A stretch of DNA of 64,000 nucleotides from the IMG/VR virus record IMGVR_UViG_3300027797_000021, positions 1 to 64,000 of that record, one strand, 5' to 3'. This document shows, piece after piece, positions 1-7,455 of this stretch. The DNA is from a virus. Position 1 is the first letter of the stretch. Each line of letters begins with the position of its first letter. Position numbers and translations under genes: made by a program. The notes under the pieces were generated by a model, which did not search any database, was not told the DNA's origin, and saw only the letters and a list, made by a program, of their open reading frames with translations.

Positions 1-98
1 CCTGCTGGAGTTTTGCCAACTTTTTTAGCTTTGGCGGTGAATGCTCCAGGTCTTTTAATGGCTTTTTGAATCCACTTTTTATCCGCTGGCTTTGCCAT
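1..98 (-). CDS. Small basic phage protein, runs off the window edge (MAKPADKKWIQKAIKRPGAFTAKAKKVGKTPAG...)
   Basis: Manually translated; ATG at 98 with upstream AAGGA; absent from the ORF track. Confidence 0.7.
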   Translation of the reverse strand, partial: MAKPADKKWIQKAIKRPGAFTAKAKKVGKTPA

Positions 99-138
99 AT
101 CTTCTGATCCTTTAATTAAACATAAATATTGATATACC

Positions 139-147
139 TATAGTAAT
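139..147 (-). promoter_or_regulatory. Putative late promoter motif ATTACTATA
   Basis: The same TACTATA core occurs at 1356-1364 and 25779-25785, each about 30-40 nt upstream of a start codon. Confidence 0.5.
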
Positions 148-156
148 GATACATGC

Positions 157-196
157 AAAAAAAAGAGGGCCATGACATATAGCCATAGCCCTCTTT
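157..196 (-). terminator. Rho-independent terminator
   Basis: AAAGAGGGC...GCCCTCTTT stem followed by a T-run on the minus strand. Confidence 0.75.
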
Positions 197-212
197 AATT
201 AAAACGATTAAA

Positions 213-347
213 TTACATCTTCTTCTTTTTCTTAGCTATTGCAGCCTGGATAAAGGGGGGAAGTTTCTTTTGTGCTGCGGTAAGACCAGCTGTTTTTTTT
301 GAAGCTGTCTTCTTAGGTGCAGCTGCTTTCTTTTTCATCATTGCCAT
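213..347 (-). CDS. 44-aa Lys/Ala-rich (histone H1-like) microprotein MAMMKKKAAAPKKTASKKTAGLTAAQKKLPPFIQAAIAKKKKKM
   Basis: Manually translated; AAGGA RBS; below the ORF-track length cutoff. Confidence 0.75.
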   Translation of the reverse strand: MAMMKKKAAAPKKTASKKTAGLTAAQKKLPPFIQAAIAKKKKKM

Positions 348-388
348 AATTTTATTCCTTTGTCTTAAACTAAGACTGAAAATTAATT

Positions 389-502
389 TCAGTACATTTT
401 CTTGGCACCCATTTTCTTAGTGCTCATTTTTTTGGTACCCATTTTCTTAGTACTCATTTTCTTGGTACCACTCATTTTCTTCTTTTCGATGTGACCAGCC
501 AT
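389..502 (-). CDS. 37-aa basic microprotein with KKM(S/G)T repeats: MAGHIEKKKMSGTKKMSTKKMGTKKMSTKKMGAKKMY
   Basis: Manually translated; GGAGG RBS; starts just after the stop of 505..771. Confidence 0.7.
   Translation of the reverse strand: MAGHIEKKKMSGTKKMSTKKMGTKKMSTKKMGAKKMY
395..482. repeat. Imperfect 15-bp tandem repeat (CATTTTCTT-core, about 6 copies) encoding KKMxT
   Basis: Directly visible: cattttcttggcacc / cattttcttagtgct / catttttttggtacc / cattttcttagtact / cattttcttggtacc. Confidence 0.85.
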
Positions 503-504
503 TA

Positions 505-771
505 TTACACCTCCTCTACTTTCTTCTTTCCTTCAGTAGATTTCTTATAATGCCACATCATGTGACCCTGCATTTGGTCGTCAACCTTGTCGACCTGCTC
601 ATCTACATGATCTATCTTTAAATGGAGGTCAATGATTTGGTCCTTAACCTCTAGTAAGACAGAAGCTACTGTGTTATGATCATTTTTATTTTCTTTACGG
701 CTTCTCTGAATGAGAACAACTAGTGGCCCCAAAATTACAGCTGAAATTATTGTAGACCAGAAAGCTGACAT
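505..771 (-). CDS. Small membrane protein (N-terminal TM helix plus coiled coil)
   Basis: Hydrophobic residues ~4-21, then heptad-like segment. Confidence 0.65.
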   Translation of the reverse strand: MSAFWSTIISAVILGPLVVLIQRSRKENKNDHNTVASVLLEVKDQIIDLHLKIDHVDEQVDKVDDQMQGHMMWHYKKSTEGKKKVEEV

Positions 772-774
772 AGG

Positions 775-1062
775 TCACCACTTCACTTTGTTGGACCAGA
801 AGGCTGCAGATAGCTTGCCTTTGGCAATGTTTGCTGCGTGCCGTGCCTTAAAGGACTTTCTTCTAGCTGCGTCAGAAGAAGATTCACCCTTCTTTGCGGG
901 GGAACCAGATACGCCCTGCTGTCCAAAGCGGATAGTCTTAACTTGATCTCCAGACTTAGCCACAACTACATGTGACTTAGTAGGGTGACTGGGTGTACGC
1001 TTAGGTTTATTGTATCCGGAAACTCCAGCATTAGTTAATCGTGAATCTTTTTTCGCCGCCAT
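775..1062 (-). CDS. Conserved basic phage hypothetical protein (TIRFGQQG...ARRKSFKARH...SAAFW type)
   Basis: Motif familiar from aquatic phage proteins; start overlaps the upstream stop (TAATG). Confidence 0.75.
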   Translation of the reverse strand: MAAKKDSRLTNAGVSGYNKPKRTPSHPTKSHVVVAKSGDQVKTIRFGQQGVSGSPAKKGESSSDAARRKSFKARHAANIAKGKLSAAFWSNKVKW

Positions 1063-1172
1063 TATTTCTTCTTTCTAGCTTTGCGTTTTTTTCCTAGAAC
1101 TGGACCATTGCTTTTTTGGTTACTTGCACCCATGCGAGGACCACTAATATAAATTGACTTTTTAAAAGTCAT
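1062..1172 (-). CDS. 36-aa basic microprotein MTFKKSIYISGPRMGASNQKSNGPVLGKKRKARKKK
   Basis: Manually translated; tiles exactly between neighbours. Confidence 0.65.
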   Translation of the reverse strand: MTFKKSIYISGPRMGASNQKSNGPVLGKKRKARKKK

Positions 1173-1174
1173 GA

Positions 1175-1324
1175 TTACTTCTGCTTTTTGGCGTTTTTCC
1201 AATGATCTGAATACTTAGTATCTGTCTTTGGGAAATCTTGGATATTCATTACTGCGTCTTTGAGATATTTATATTGATTTTTTTCTGAAGAAGTTTTACT
1301 TCCCCAACCTTTATCCTTAGCCAT
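1175..1324 (-). CDS. 49-aa basic microprotein MAKDKGWGSKTSSEKNQYKYLKDAVMNIQDFPKTDTKYSDHWKNAKKQK
   Basis: Manually translated; AAGGTAGG RBS-like sequence; downstream of a TACTATA motif. Confidence 0.65.
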   Translation of the reverse strand: MAKDKGWGSKTSSEKNQYKYLKDAVMNIQDFPKTDTKYSDHWKNAKKQK

Positions 1325-1355
1325 AATGACCTACCTTGTATAATAGTGTAATATG

Positions 1356-1364
1356 TATAGTAAT
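1356..1364 (-). promoter_or_regulatory. Putative late promoter motif ATTACTATA
   Basis: Lies just after a terminator and about 30 nt before an ATG, same layout as 139-147. Confidence 0.5.
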
Positions 1365-1373
1365 CCCGTATAG

Positions 1374-1397
1374 CAAAAAAGAGAGGCAGCGCCTCTC
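1374..1397 (-). terminator. Rho-independent terminator
   Basis: GAGAGGC-gct-GCCTCTC followed by TTTTTT on the minus strand. Confidence 0.75.
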
Positions 1398-1415
1398 AAT
1401 TTTGTTTATAATATA

Positions 1416-1742
1416 TTACTTTTTATTTGGTGGAGACTTCTTAGGGGCTTGAGCCTTGCTCTTATCTGATGCTGACCCACTCTTTGGTCTTCCGGCCTTT
1501 TTCTTTTGCGGGACCTTATCTACCGAAGGTGCAGCCTTAGCGATTGGGGATGCCTTAGACGGGTCACTGGGTATGATCTTAATGTCCGCAGCCTTAGAAT
1601 TTACCGAGGTAGTAGGAGTTGTCCATATAATCGGCTTATCTTCCTTGACATTGGCTTTATCATCGAAATCATATCCACCAAGTTTTGCAGGTGACTTTTT
1701 AAATAGTATTTTTCTTGCCATTTTTTTAATTAGTTTTATCAT
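1416..1742 (-). CDS. Lys/Pro/Ala-rich basic protein with an AT-hook-like KAGRPK motif
   Basis: Composition and GRP motif; AAGGA RBS. Confidence 0.6.
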   Translation of the reverse strand: MIKLIKKMARKILFKKSPAKLGGYDFDDKANVKEDKPIIWTTPTTSVNSKAADIKIIPSDPSKASPIAKAAPSVDKVPQKKKAGRPKSGSASDKSKAQAPKKSPPNKK

Positions 1743-1783
1743 TGTTTTTGTCCTTTTTTAGTATGTTAGCTAACTTTTATTTA

Positions 1784-2104
1784 TTATTTACCTTGTTGAG
1801 ATTCTTTAATTAACTGATATCTTTCGCCAGTCTCTTTTGAGACAATCGAAAAGCCGTAAGAAGCTGCAGCTTCTATGATCTCAGTTAGTTTATCTTTATC
1901 TTCCAAGGAAACATCATTTAAGGGCAAGGTAATTCCAGCATAGACGTCTATGTTTTCAAAATTACCAATATTAATCTTTCTATTTACTCCACATATAAAT
2001 ACTGGATTAGTTGAAATAGATATTTCTGAACTCAAAATATTCACCACCTGGTCTATGGGAGAGTCAATCGACTGCTCCATTGCTGTTTTTGTTATCTTAG
2101 GCAT
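1784..2104 (-). CDS. Hypothetical protein
   Basis: ORF track 1784..2128; likely start MPKITK overlapping the upstream stop. Confidence 0.65.
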   Translation of the reverse strand: MPKITKTAMEQSIDSPIDQVVNILSSEISISTNPVFICGVNRKINIGNFENIDVYAGITLPLNDVSLEDKDKLTEIIEAAASYGFSIVSKETGERYQLIKESQQGK

Positions 2105-2882
2105 ATACATCCGTAAGGGATTGTACAATCTTAATTGTCTCTGCGGTTTGTTCTGCTATAGTCATGTTATCAGTATCTATAATTACTGATGCCATGTCCT
2201 TAATCAGGGTTATTTCTTGTTCGGATTTATGATTCATTTGAGCCGGGGTCATTTTGTATCCATCTCTTTTCATCATTCTTTCTTCTCTAACATTCTCAGA
2301 GGCTTCGTAGCACACTATCATACCATTTGGCTGTTTTAATATAGATTTTGCCTCGTTCTCAAATCTAACATCAGATATTATAACACACAATGGAGTGTCA
2401 GTATCTACGTAGTCGGGACTTTTCATGTATTCTCTATATATTTTATTTGACTTCAATATGCCCCAGCTTGAAAAACATTGTTCATCGTGCTGACGACATA
2501 GGTCACCGGCCTTCTGTAGGAAGGTTCTTGGCTTCATTCCTTCTTCTTCTATCGGAAGTTCATATATATCATTGACCAGCTTTGCGAAGTCTTCATATGA
2601 AGGGATAGAGCCAATGGCGTTAGATCCAAAGATATCATAAACAATTTCGTGTATAGAAAAAAGTTGTCTATCCTTTTGACGGATACCAAGTGTATTCTTT
2701 TTTACCGAAGCTAACTCATATAGCGGGAGAGCAAAAAAGATGTGATCCCAGACTATGTGGTTGCTAACGCTATTTATTTGCGCTTTTGGCACAATCTTTT
2801 CTGCTACTGAAGTCTTTCCAGTGGCAGCTTGGCCAGCTAAGCCTATAACTATAGGGTAATCTTTGTGATATTTTTTATTCAT
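2097..2882 (-). CDS. Deoxynucleoside monophosphate kinase (T4 gp1-like)
   Basis: IGLAGQAATGKTS P-loop, FALPL, PRTFLQ, IISDVRFENE, HKSE. Confidence 0.9.
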   Translation of the reverse strand: MNKKYHKDYPIVIGLAGQAATGKTSVAEKIVPKAQINSVSNHIVWDHIFFALPLYELASVKKNTLGIRQKDRQLFSIHEIVYDIFGSNAIGSIPSYEDFAKLVNDIYELPIEEEGMKPRTFLQKAGDLCRQHDEQCFSSWGILKSNKIYREYMKSPDYVDTDTPLCVIISDVRFENEAKSILKQPNGMIVCYEASENVREERMMKRDGYKMTPAQMNHKSEQEITLIKDMASVIIDTDNMTIAEQTAETIKIVQSLTDVYA

Positions 2883-2888
2883 ACGTAC

Positions 2889-2897
2889 ATTATAGCA
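2889..2897 (-). promoter_or_regulatory. Extended -10 promoter TGCTATAAT; leaderless transcript of dNMP kinase
   Basis: TATAAT lies 6 nt before the ATG and no Shine-Dalgarno is present. Confidence 0.65.
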
Positions 2898-2898
2898 C

Positions 2899-3333
2899 TT
2901 AGAGTTTACTAATGAGCTCTTTTCTTATCTCTAATCCATTTAAAAATGCGTTAGCTAGAGCGTCAGGCTCCCATACAAAAGATCTTTTGACCTGCACTAC
3001 CCTGAAATTAAATTCATCTCTTATTTCTTCAATGGTCATTAGTAGTGGTATCAGTGCGTCGTTCTTGCACTTCCACCTACCGTTGACCTGATTTGCCACA
3101 ACGGCAGAGTCCGTATATATTATCGGATCCACCAAATCTGCCATTGAACATATCAATAGTCCGGCTATTACGGCCTCGTACTCTGCCTCGTTGTTAGTCC
3201 TAGGACCTAGTCCTCTAGCGAACTGTGCAATCTTTTTTCTGTTCTTATATACCACAGCAGAACAAGCTGCTTCACCAAACTTTTTTTGCCCTTGTCCCCT
3301 AGATGCGCCATCGCAAAATACTTCTATGTTCAT
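2899..3333 (-). CDS. rnhA: Ribonuclease HI
   Basis: CDGASRG, TNNEAEYEA, YTDS, DALAN catalytic motifs. Confidence 0.92.
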   Translation of the reverse strand: MNIEVFCDGASRGQGQKKFGEAACSAVVYKNRKKIAQFARGLGPRTNNEAEYEAVIAGLLICSMADLVDPIIYTDSAVVANQVNGRWKCKNDALIPLLMTIEEIRDEFNFRVVQVKRSFVWEPDALANAFLNGLEIRKELISKL

Positions 3334-3369
3334 GATATTAAACACCAATCTTTTATTGATAATACTTAC

Positions 3370-3591
3370 TTAGCTGATGGTGTTTGTATCTATCTCAACG
3401 TCGCATTCTATCCCGTGCTTAGAGGCAGTTTCTTTGAGGTTTCTCTCTCCGCTTAGAGTAACCTGAATAGTCTTTCCAAGAAGATATCTATCCCCCTTGT
3501 ACTCGACTTGCATGGGGAAATTTAGATCTTCTCTTTTAATGGAATAAAATTCCTTAGAAGAATTGACACTCTTATAGTAACCGATAAACAT
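3370..3591 (-). CDS. Hypothetical protein
   Basis: ORF with AAGGA RBS. Confidence 0.6.
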   Translation of the reverse strand: MFIGYYKSVNSSKEFYSIKREDLNFPMQVEYKGDRYLLGKTIQVTLSGERNLKETASKHGIECDVEIDTNTIS

Positions 3592-3609
3592 ATAATATCC
3601 TTTTAACTT

Positions 3610-4125
3610 TTAGTAGGTGCTAAAATCTGAATCTAAATAAGATCCTTTATCTTCCCTATATGCTGCTATTTGCATTGACTGGACTTTGTCCATTATTTTT
3701 CTAGCGGACTCAGATGCTATTCTAGCAGAGGCCTCCATTGCTTCGGCCAGGGAAACGATAGCTTCGCAAGTAACTAGGGCAAAGTACTCATCCTCTGCTG
3801 CGTCCATGGCAGCAGCTTCGCGCTCAGCTTCATTCTTTCCAACTCTATTCGACTTATATATCTTTTTGTATTTGCCTTCTAGTATCTTGTACTGTGCTCT
3901 AGCTATTCCGGCAAAGCGTGCGGAGCGACCATAGACGTTGGAGGTTCTGGCAACCAGCGATGCTATTTTTTCTATACCAAGATCTACAATGTCTGTTTCT
4001 GGTATTTCAATAAAGTATCTGTAATTGTTATCGTTATTGGTGTACGCGTCTATAACTTCTTTTAATTGAGGACCAAGAAAATTTTCAAGAAGTTCCTGTA
4101 ATTTTTCTAAAGAGTATGAATTCAT
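3610..4125 (-). CDS. Helical protein, possibly UvsY-like recombination mediator
   Basis: Coiled-coil pattern with a K(N)EAEREA motif; function is a guess. Confidence 0.45.
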   Translation of the reverse strand: MNSYSLEKLQELLENFLGPQLKEVIDAYTNNDNNYRYFIEIPETDIVDLGIEKIASLVARTSNVYGRSARFAGIARAQYKILEGKYKKIYKSNRVGKNEAEREAAAMDAAEDEYFALVTCEAIVSLAEAMEASARIASESARKIMDKVQSMQIAAYREDKGSYLDSDFSTY

Positions 4126-4982
4126 TCCGTCTCCGTTTTGAATAGGAAGAAAAGTTCTTCCATGTTTTCTTCTTTCATTATTTCTTTTACTTTTTGCTTT
4201 ATTTTATTTATGTGTTCTCTTACGGTATTGGGATGCTCATTAATGATTAAGGATATTTGACTAGACCTTTTCAAGTCAGCATATCTCCACTTCAGTAACT
4301 GCCTTTCCTGCACAGACAGTCTATCAAAGGGGGGCTGTGCTTTGTCGCCTAGAACCCAAAATTCATCAATTGAATCGGTAGCCAAGAGCTCTTCCATGCT
4401 GTGCTCGATTGGGTCAGCCTTGAAGCCAATAACAAAGTTTTCATCCCCTTCGTCATTTGTTGCGTCGTCATCTAGGAGTGGGAATGTTTTTCTACCTAAC
4501 TGATCTATTAAAAATGTGTCTACGTTTTTCTTTAGCAGGTAGAAAAAATAACTATATAAAAATCCACTAAATGGAATCGGTCCTTTGGCAGAATCCTTTC
4601 TCTCATATCTATATATGCATTGAAAGAACGTCATATAAACAGTCTGCCTGATATCCTCTTCGTCTCCATATCTTTTTGTCATGTAATGAATTCCCCTCAT
4701 GCACTCATTAATAATCTTTAGATTGTGACTATTCATTTTGTTTTTCATTAGGGCAAAGCGCGTTGATGGATCCTTTATGAAAAGGGAGATAAATCTCCTG
4801 ATGTCATAGTCGTTTAAATTAAATTTTCCATAGTACAATAAGGATACATACTTAGTCAAGAAGTTGCTAAATACTTTTAATAACTCTTCTTGAGCTTTTG
4901 ATGATCCCTTTTTCGTACTGGATATTAGGTCTTGCATTTCCTGCTCCGCAAGGGAGTAGTATTGTTCTTTGTAGCTCGTCAT
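4122..4982 (-). CDS. Phage RNA polymerase sigma factor (sigma70 family)
   Basis: Region 2-like EEDIRQ...F...YE...FSGFL and region 4 HTH LSVQERQLLKWRY...SSQIS...NTVREHINKI; ATGA overlap start. Confidence 0.85.
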   Translation of the reverse strand: MTSYKEQYYSLAEQEMQDLISSTKKGSSKAQEELLKVFSNFLTKYVSLLYYGKFNLNDYDIRRFISLFIKDPSTRFALMKNKMNSHNLKIINECMRGIHYMTKRYGDEEDIRQTVYMTFFQCIYRYERKDSAKGPIPFSGFLYSYFFYLLKKNVDTFLIDQLGRKTFPLLDDDATNDEGDENFVIGFKADPIEHSMEELLATDSIDEFWVLGDKAQPPFDRLSVQERQLLKWRYADLKRSSQISLIINEHPNTVREHINKIKQKVKEIMKEENMEELFFLFKTETE

Positions 4983-5545
4983 TTTTTTCCTTCCCAATTT
5001 ATAATATATTGGCTATAATAATCTCTTATGTCTTCGTAGAAAACTATTTTAGAAACTTCTATTTCTGCCATGAAATTTTTAGCTTCGTTTGAATATTTAC
5101 TTATTACACATGTCAAATTTGCAAATTCGTCAGGATAATATCTTTTAAATCTTTTTAGTTTTATTTTACTTTTATCATCAAGATACCCTTTGATCTCTAT
5201 CCACTCATTATTTCTTGTCAAAAAGAAATCAGGAGTATAGGCTCGGGTTCCTCTTTTAATTGGGAATGGGAATACAGTTGGCTCAAACTTAAAATCTATT
5301 TTGTAAATATTTAAAACTCTAACAAAGTTAGCTTCCCAGCTAGACCTGACATTTAGCTCAATATCTTTCCTGTATCCGGTCCTTGTGTACTGATAGGCAT
5401 TGCCCTTCTTGCGAGCAATAACTCCATCATTTTCTATGACCTCAGAATTGATTGATTTATTTCTAATATTATTAAGATTGGGATGCTTCTTGAAGGAAGA
5501 TTTTTCCAAAAAAAAGTCTTCCGGCTTGACAACTTCTATGTTCAT
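4979..5545 (-). CDS. PD-(D/E)XK endonuclease, T7 endonuclease I / Holliday junction resolvase-like
   Basis: RSSWEANF, FEP, YTPDF, WIEIKG; start MNIEV after AAGGA. Confidence 0.8.
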   Translation of the reverse strand: MNIEVVKPEDFFLEKSSFKKHPNLNNIRNKSINSEVIENDGVIARKKGNAYQYTRTGYRKDIELNVRSSWEANFVRVLNIYKIDFKFEPTVFPFPIKRGTRAYTPDFFLTRNNEWIEIKGYLDDKSKIKLKRFKRYYPDEFANLTCVISKYSNEAKNFMAEIEVSKIVFYEDIRDYYSQYIINWEGKK

Positions 5546-5582
5546 TCGATATCCTTTATAGGGTAAACATGTGGTGATATAA

Positions 5583-5611
5583 ATTATACACCATAAAAAT
5601 AAAAAAAGCAA
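5583..5611 (-). promoter_or_regulatory. Sigma70-type promoter TTGCTT-N17-TATAAT
   Basis: Exact 17-nt spacing; back-to-back with the plus-strand promoter. Confidence 0.7.
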
Positions 5612-5628
5612 AATATTTGCGCTTTGTG

Positions 5629-5657
5629 TTGCAAATACAAACAGGAAGAGATATACT
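5629..5657 (+). promoter_or_regulatory. Sigma70-type promoter TTGCAA-N17-TATACT (leaderless)
   Basis: Exact 17-nt spacer; ATG 7 nt downstream at 5665. Confidence 0.75.
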
Positions 5658-5664
5658 GACTATC

Positions 5665-5841
5665 ATGAACACACTAACAACAATCATCAACAGTATCAAT
5701 CAGAACATCAATGAAGAAATCATTGAAGACTTAACCTCAACTTTGGGATTCAATCATGGAACCGCAGTCAAGATGGTTACTGAATTCGAAGATTTCAACC
5801 TTTGGTTGTCAGCTGAAGAAAATCCAGTTACTGACTTCTGA
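5665..5841 (+). CDS. 58-aa acidic protein; the only credible plus-strand gene
   Basis: Has its own promoter and terminator and occupies a gap between minus-strand genes; 10 D/E versus 1 K. Confidence 0.75.
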   Translation: MNTLTTIINSINQNINEEIIEDLTSTLGFNHGTAVKMVTEFEDFNLWLSAEENPVTDF

Positions 5842-5857
5842 TCAGTATCTAAAATAG

Positions 5858-5896
5858 AAAAGATTTGGGGCCGAGAAATCGGCCCCTTTTCTTTTA
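5858..5896. terminator. Terminator between convergent genes, probably bidirectional
   Basis: GGGGCCGA-GAAA-TCGGCCCC followed by TTTTCTTTT, with an A-rich upstream flank. Confidence 0.85.
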
Positions 5897-6694
5897 TCTA
5901 AAGTTATTCTTTTTATTTCTAAACACACCAGTTCCACAAGCTTCGCTCTTCGCGTGATCGCAATAGCTACATATTCTTGTGTTGGCAGTTGGCAAGAAGT
6001 TGGTGTCTGTGATTATGCCATTAATGGCTTTTAATATTCTAACTTTTACATTCTCTATATCATCTAGAGAAAATAGATGACCTTTTTTCTTTCCGGATCT
6101 TAAGTAATACAGCTCTGCATATACTTCTTTTTCGGGAAAGATGTTATGCATTGCCAGCGCATATATACCTAACTGAAGATTATTGTGGATGTCCTTTTGG
6201 GTAGCTTCCCATTTACCGGTCTTATAGTCGGTGATATGAACCCTATCTCCAACGAGATCGACTCTATCTATAAAGCCTATGATCCTATATATTCCAATAA
6301 TAAAACTAAAGCTCATTTCTTTTTCATAGATATTTAACTTCTTGTCAACATGCTGGTCGTAAAATTCATCTATGATTACTGATCCCACTGATAATAACTC
6401 TGAAGGAATTAAATTATCAGGATCCCAGATGGGAATATTTTTTTCATATTCATTTCTAAGATCTGTTATATCTAATGTTTTTTCGTTATCTAAGATATTC
6501 TCCAAAACAGAGTGGACTATATTACCAAGTACAGCTGGTGGATTAAATTGTCTAGGCTCCTTAAGGATATAGGAATAGAAATACTTAGCTGCGCATTGTG
6601 TATAGGTGTCTATTCTCGAATAAGAAAAGTCAACTACTCCTAATTTTTGCAAATCATTTAAACTGTCATAACTTTTAATTAATATAGAACTCAA
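5894..6694 (-). CDS. RecB/Cas4-like PD-(D/E)XK exonuclease
   Basis: SYSRIDTY..C, GNIVHSVLE, E, GFIDRVD, DYKTG, QLGIYA, CSYC...C. Confidence 0.9.
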   Translation of the reverse strand: MSSILIKSYDSLNDLQKLGVVDFSYSRIDTYTQCAAKYFYSYILKEPRQFNPPAVLGNIVHSVLENILDNEKTLDITDLRNEYEKNIPIWDPDNLIPSELLSVGSVIIDEFYDQHVDKKLNIYEKEMSFSFIIGIYRIIGFIDRVDLVGDRVHITDYKTGKWEATQKDIHNNLQLGIYALAMHNIFPEKEVYAELYYLRSGKKKGHLFSLDDIENVKVRILKAINGIITDTNFLPTANTRICSYCDHAKSEACGTGVFRNKKNNFR

Positions 6695-6702
6695 AAATAT
6701 TC

Positions 6703-6870
6703 CTACTTCTCTTCGTTTGGGTCATATATTAATTGACCATTTTCATCAAATTCTCTTCCGAGTTCGTCCATAGTGTGACTGTTGTGCCTATTCAAATAAG
6801 CGCCTTGCCCGATTGCTACCCAACCAGTCTCGCCCAGTTCCATATGATCATCTTCTTCATAGGGCCACAT
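6703..6870 (-). CDS. 55-aa acidic hypothetical protein MWPYEEDDHMELGETGWVAIGQGAYLNRHNSHTMDELGREFDENGQLIYDPNEEK
   Basis: Manually translated; fills the gap; GGCGGTGAG upstream. Confidence 0.65.
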   Translation of the reverse strand: MWPYEEDDHMELGETGWVAIGQGAYLNRHNSHTMDELGREFDENGQLIYDPNEEK

Positions 6871-7087
6871 GCTCACCGCCTATGGATACCTTGACCTCGG
6901 TTAGATCTTCTGCATTTAAATAGTAGCTGACTACCGTGTACAGGTCTTTGAGTTCCTTCTGTGTTAAGTAAAAACCAACACAGGTGCATTGCAGGAATAA
7001 CTTATCTTCATAGTTATATGTTGAATCAGCATACTCGGTTAATTTAATATTGCCTTTTTCGACCGTTGCAGGAAAATTTTGTAGCAT
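6857..7087 (-). CDS. Hypothetical protein
   Basis: GAGGAG RBS before MLQNF. Confidence 0.65.
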   Translation of the reverse strand: MLQNFPATVEKGNIKLTEYADSTYNYEDKLFLQCTCVGFYLTQKELKDLYTVVSYYLNAEDLTEVKVSIGGEHVAL

Positions 7088-7089
7088 TT

Positions 7090-7455
7090 TTACTCCTCGT
7101 AAATACCTATTGGATTCCAATTTGGATTGTCTAATTTTTCTCTTGTATCTTTAACATAAGAATCCCAGTCTCGTTCATCTTCTGTTATTCTTTCATATTT
7201 AACTTGGCCTTTGAATGGATTTGTCTTAAACTTAGTAGTTATTAAACGACCCTGTTGAGTCTTCCATCTGAGTACTCCATTTTTACAGTCGCAAAAATCA
7301 TCATTGTCAGGACTGACCTTTAGCTGAGGATCATAGCGCCCACTGCATCCATTACATTTTGTATATCGCCCTTTGTCCTGACACCTATTGCAGGACGGAC
7401 AAAAAACCCAACACCATTTTTCAGTTGGGTTCACTGACGGGTTTACGTTAGACAT
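7090..7455 (-). CDS. Cys-rich putative metal-binding protein
   Basis: C..CPSCNRC..CNGC..CDC; overlaps the dnaE stop. Confidence 0.65.
   Translation of the reverse strand: MSNVNPSVNPTEKWCWVFCPSCNRCQDKGRYTKCNGCSGRYDPQLKVSPDNDDFCDCKNGVLRWKTQQGRLITTKFKTNPFKGQVKYERITEDERDWDSYVKDTREKLDNPNWNPIGIYEE

Noticed and set aside
395-482. CRISPR-like mini-array
   Set aside because: 15-bp period with no unique spacers; explained as a coding repeat
5894-6694. CRISPR-associated Cas4
   Set aside because: No array or other cas genes; stand-alone Cas4/RecB-like exonucleases are routine in phages
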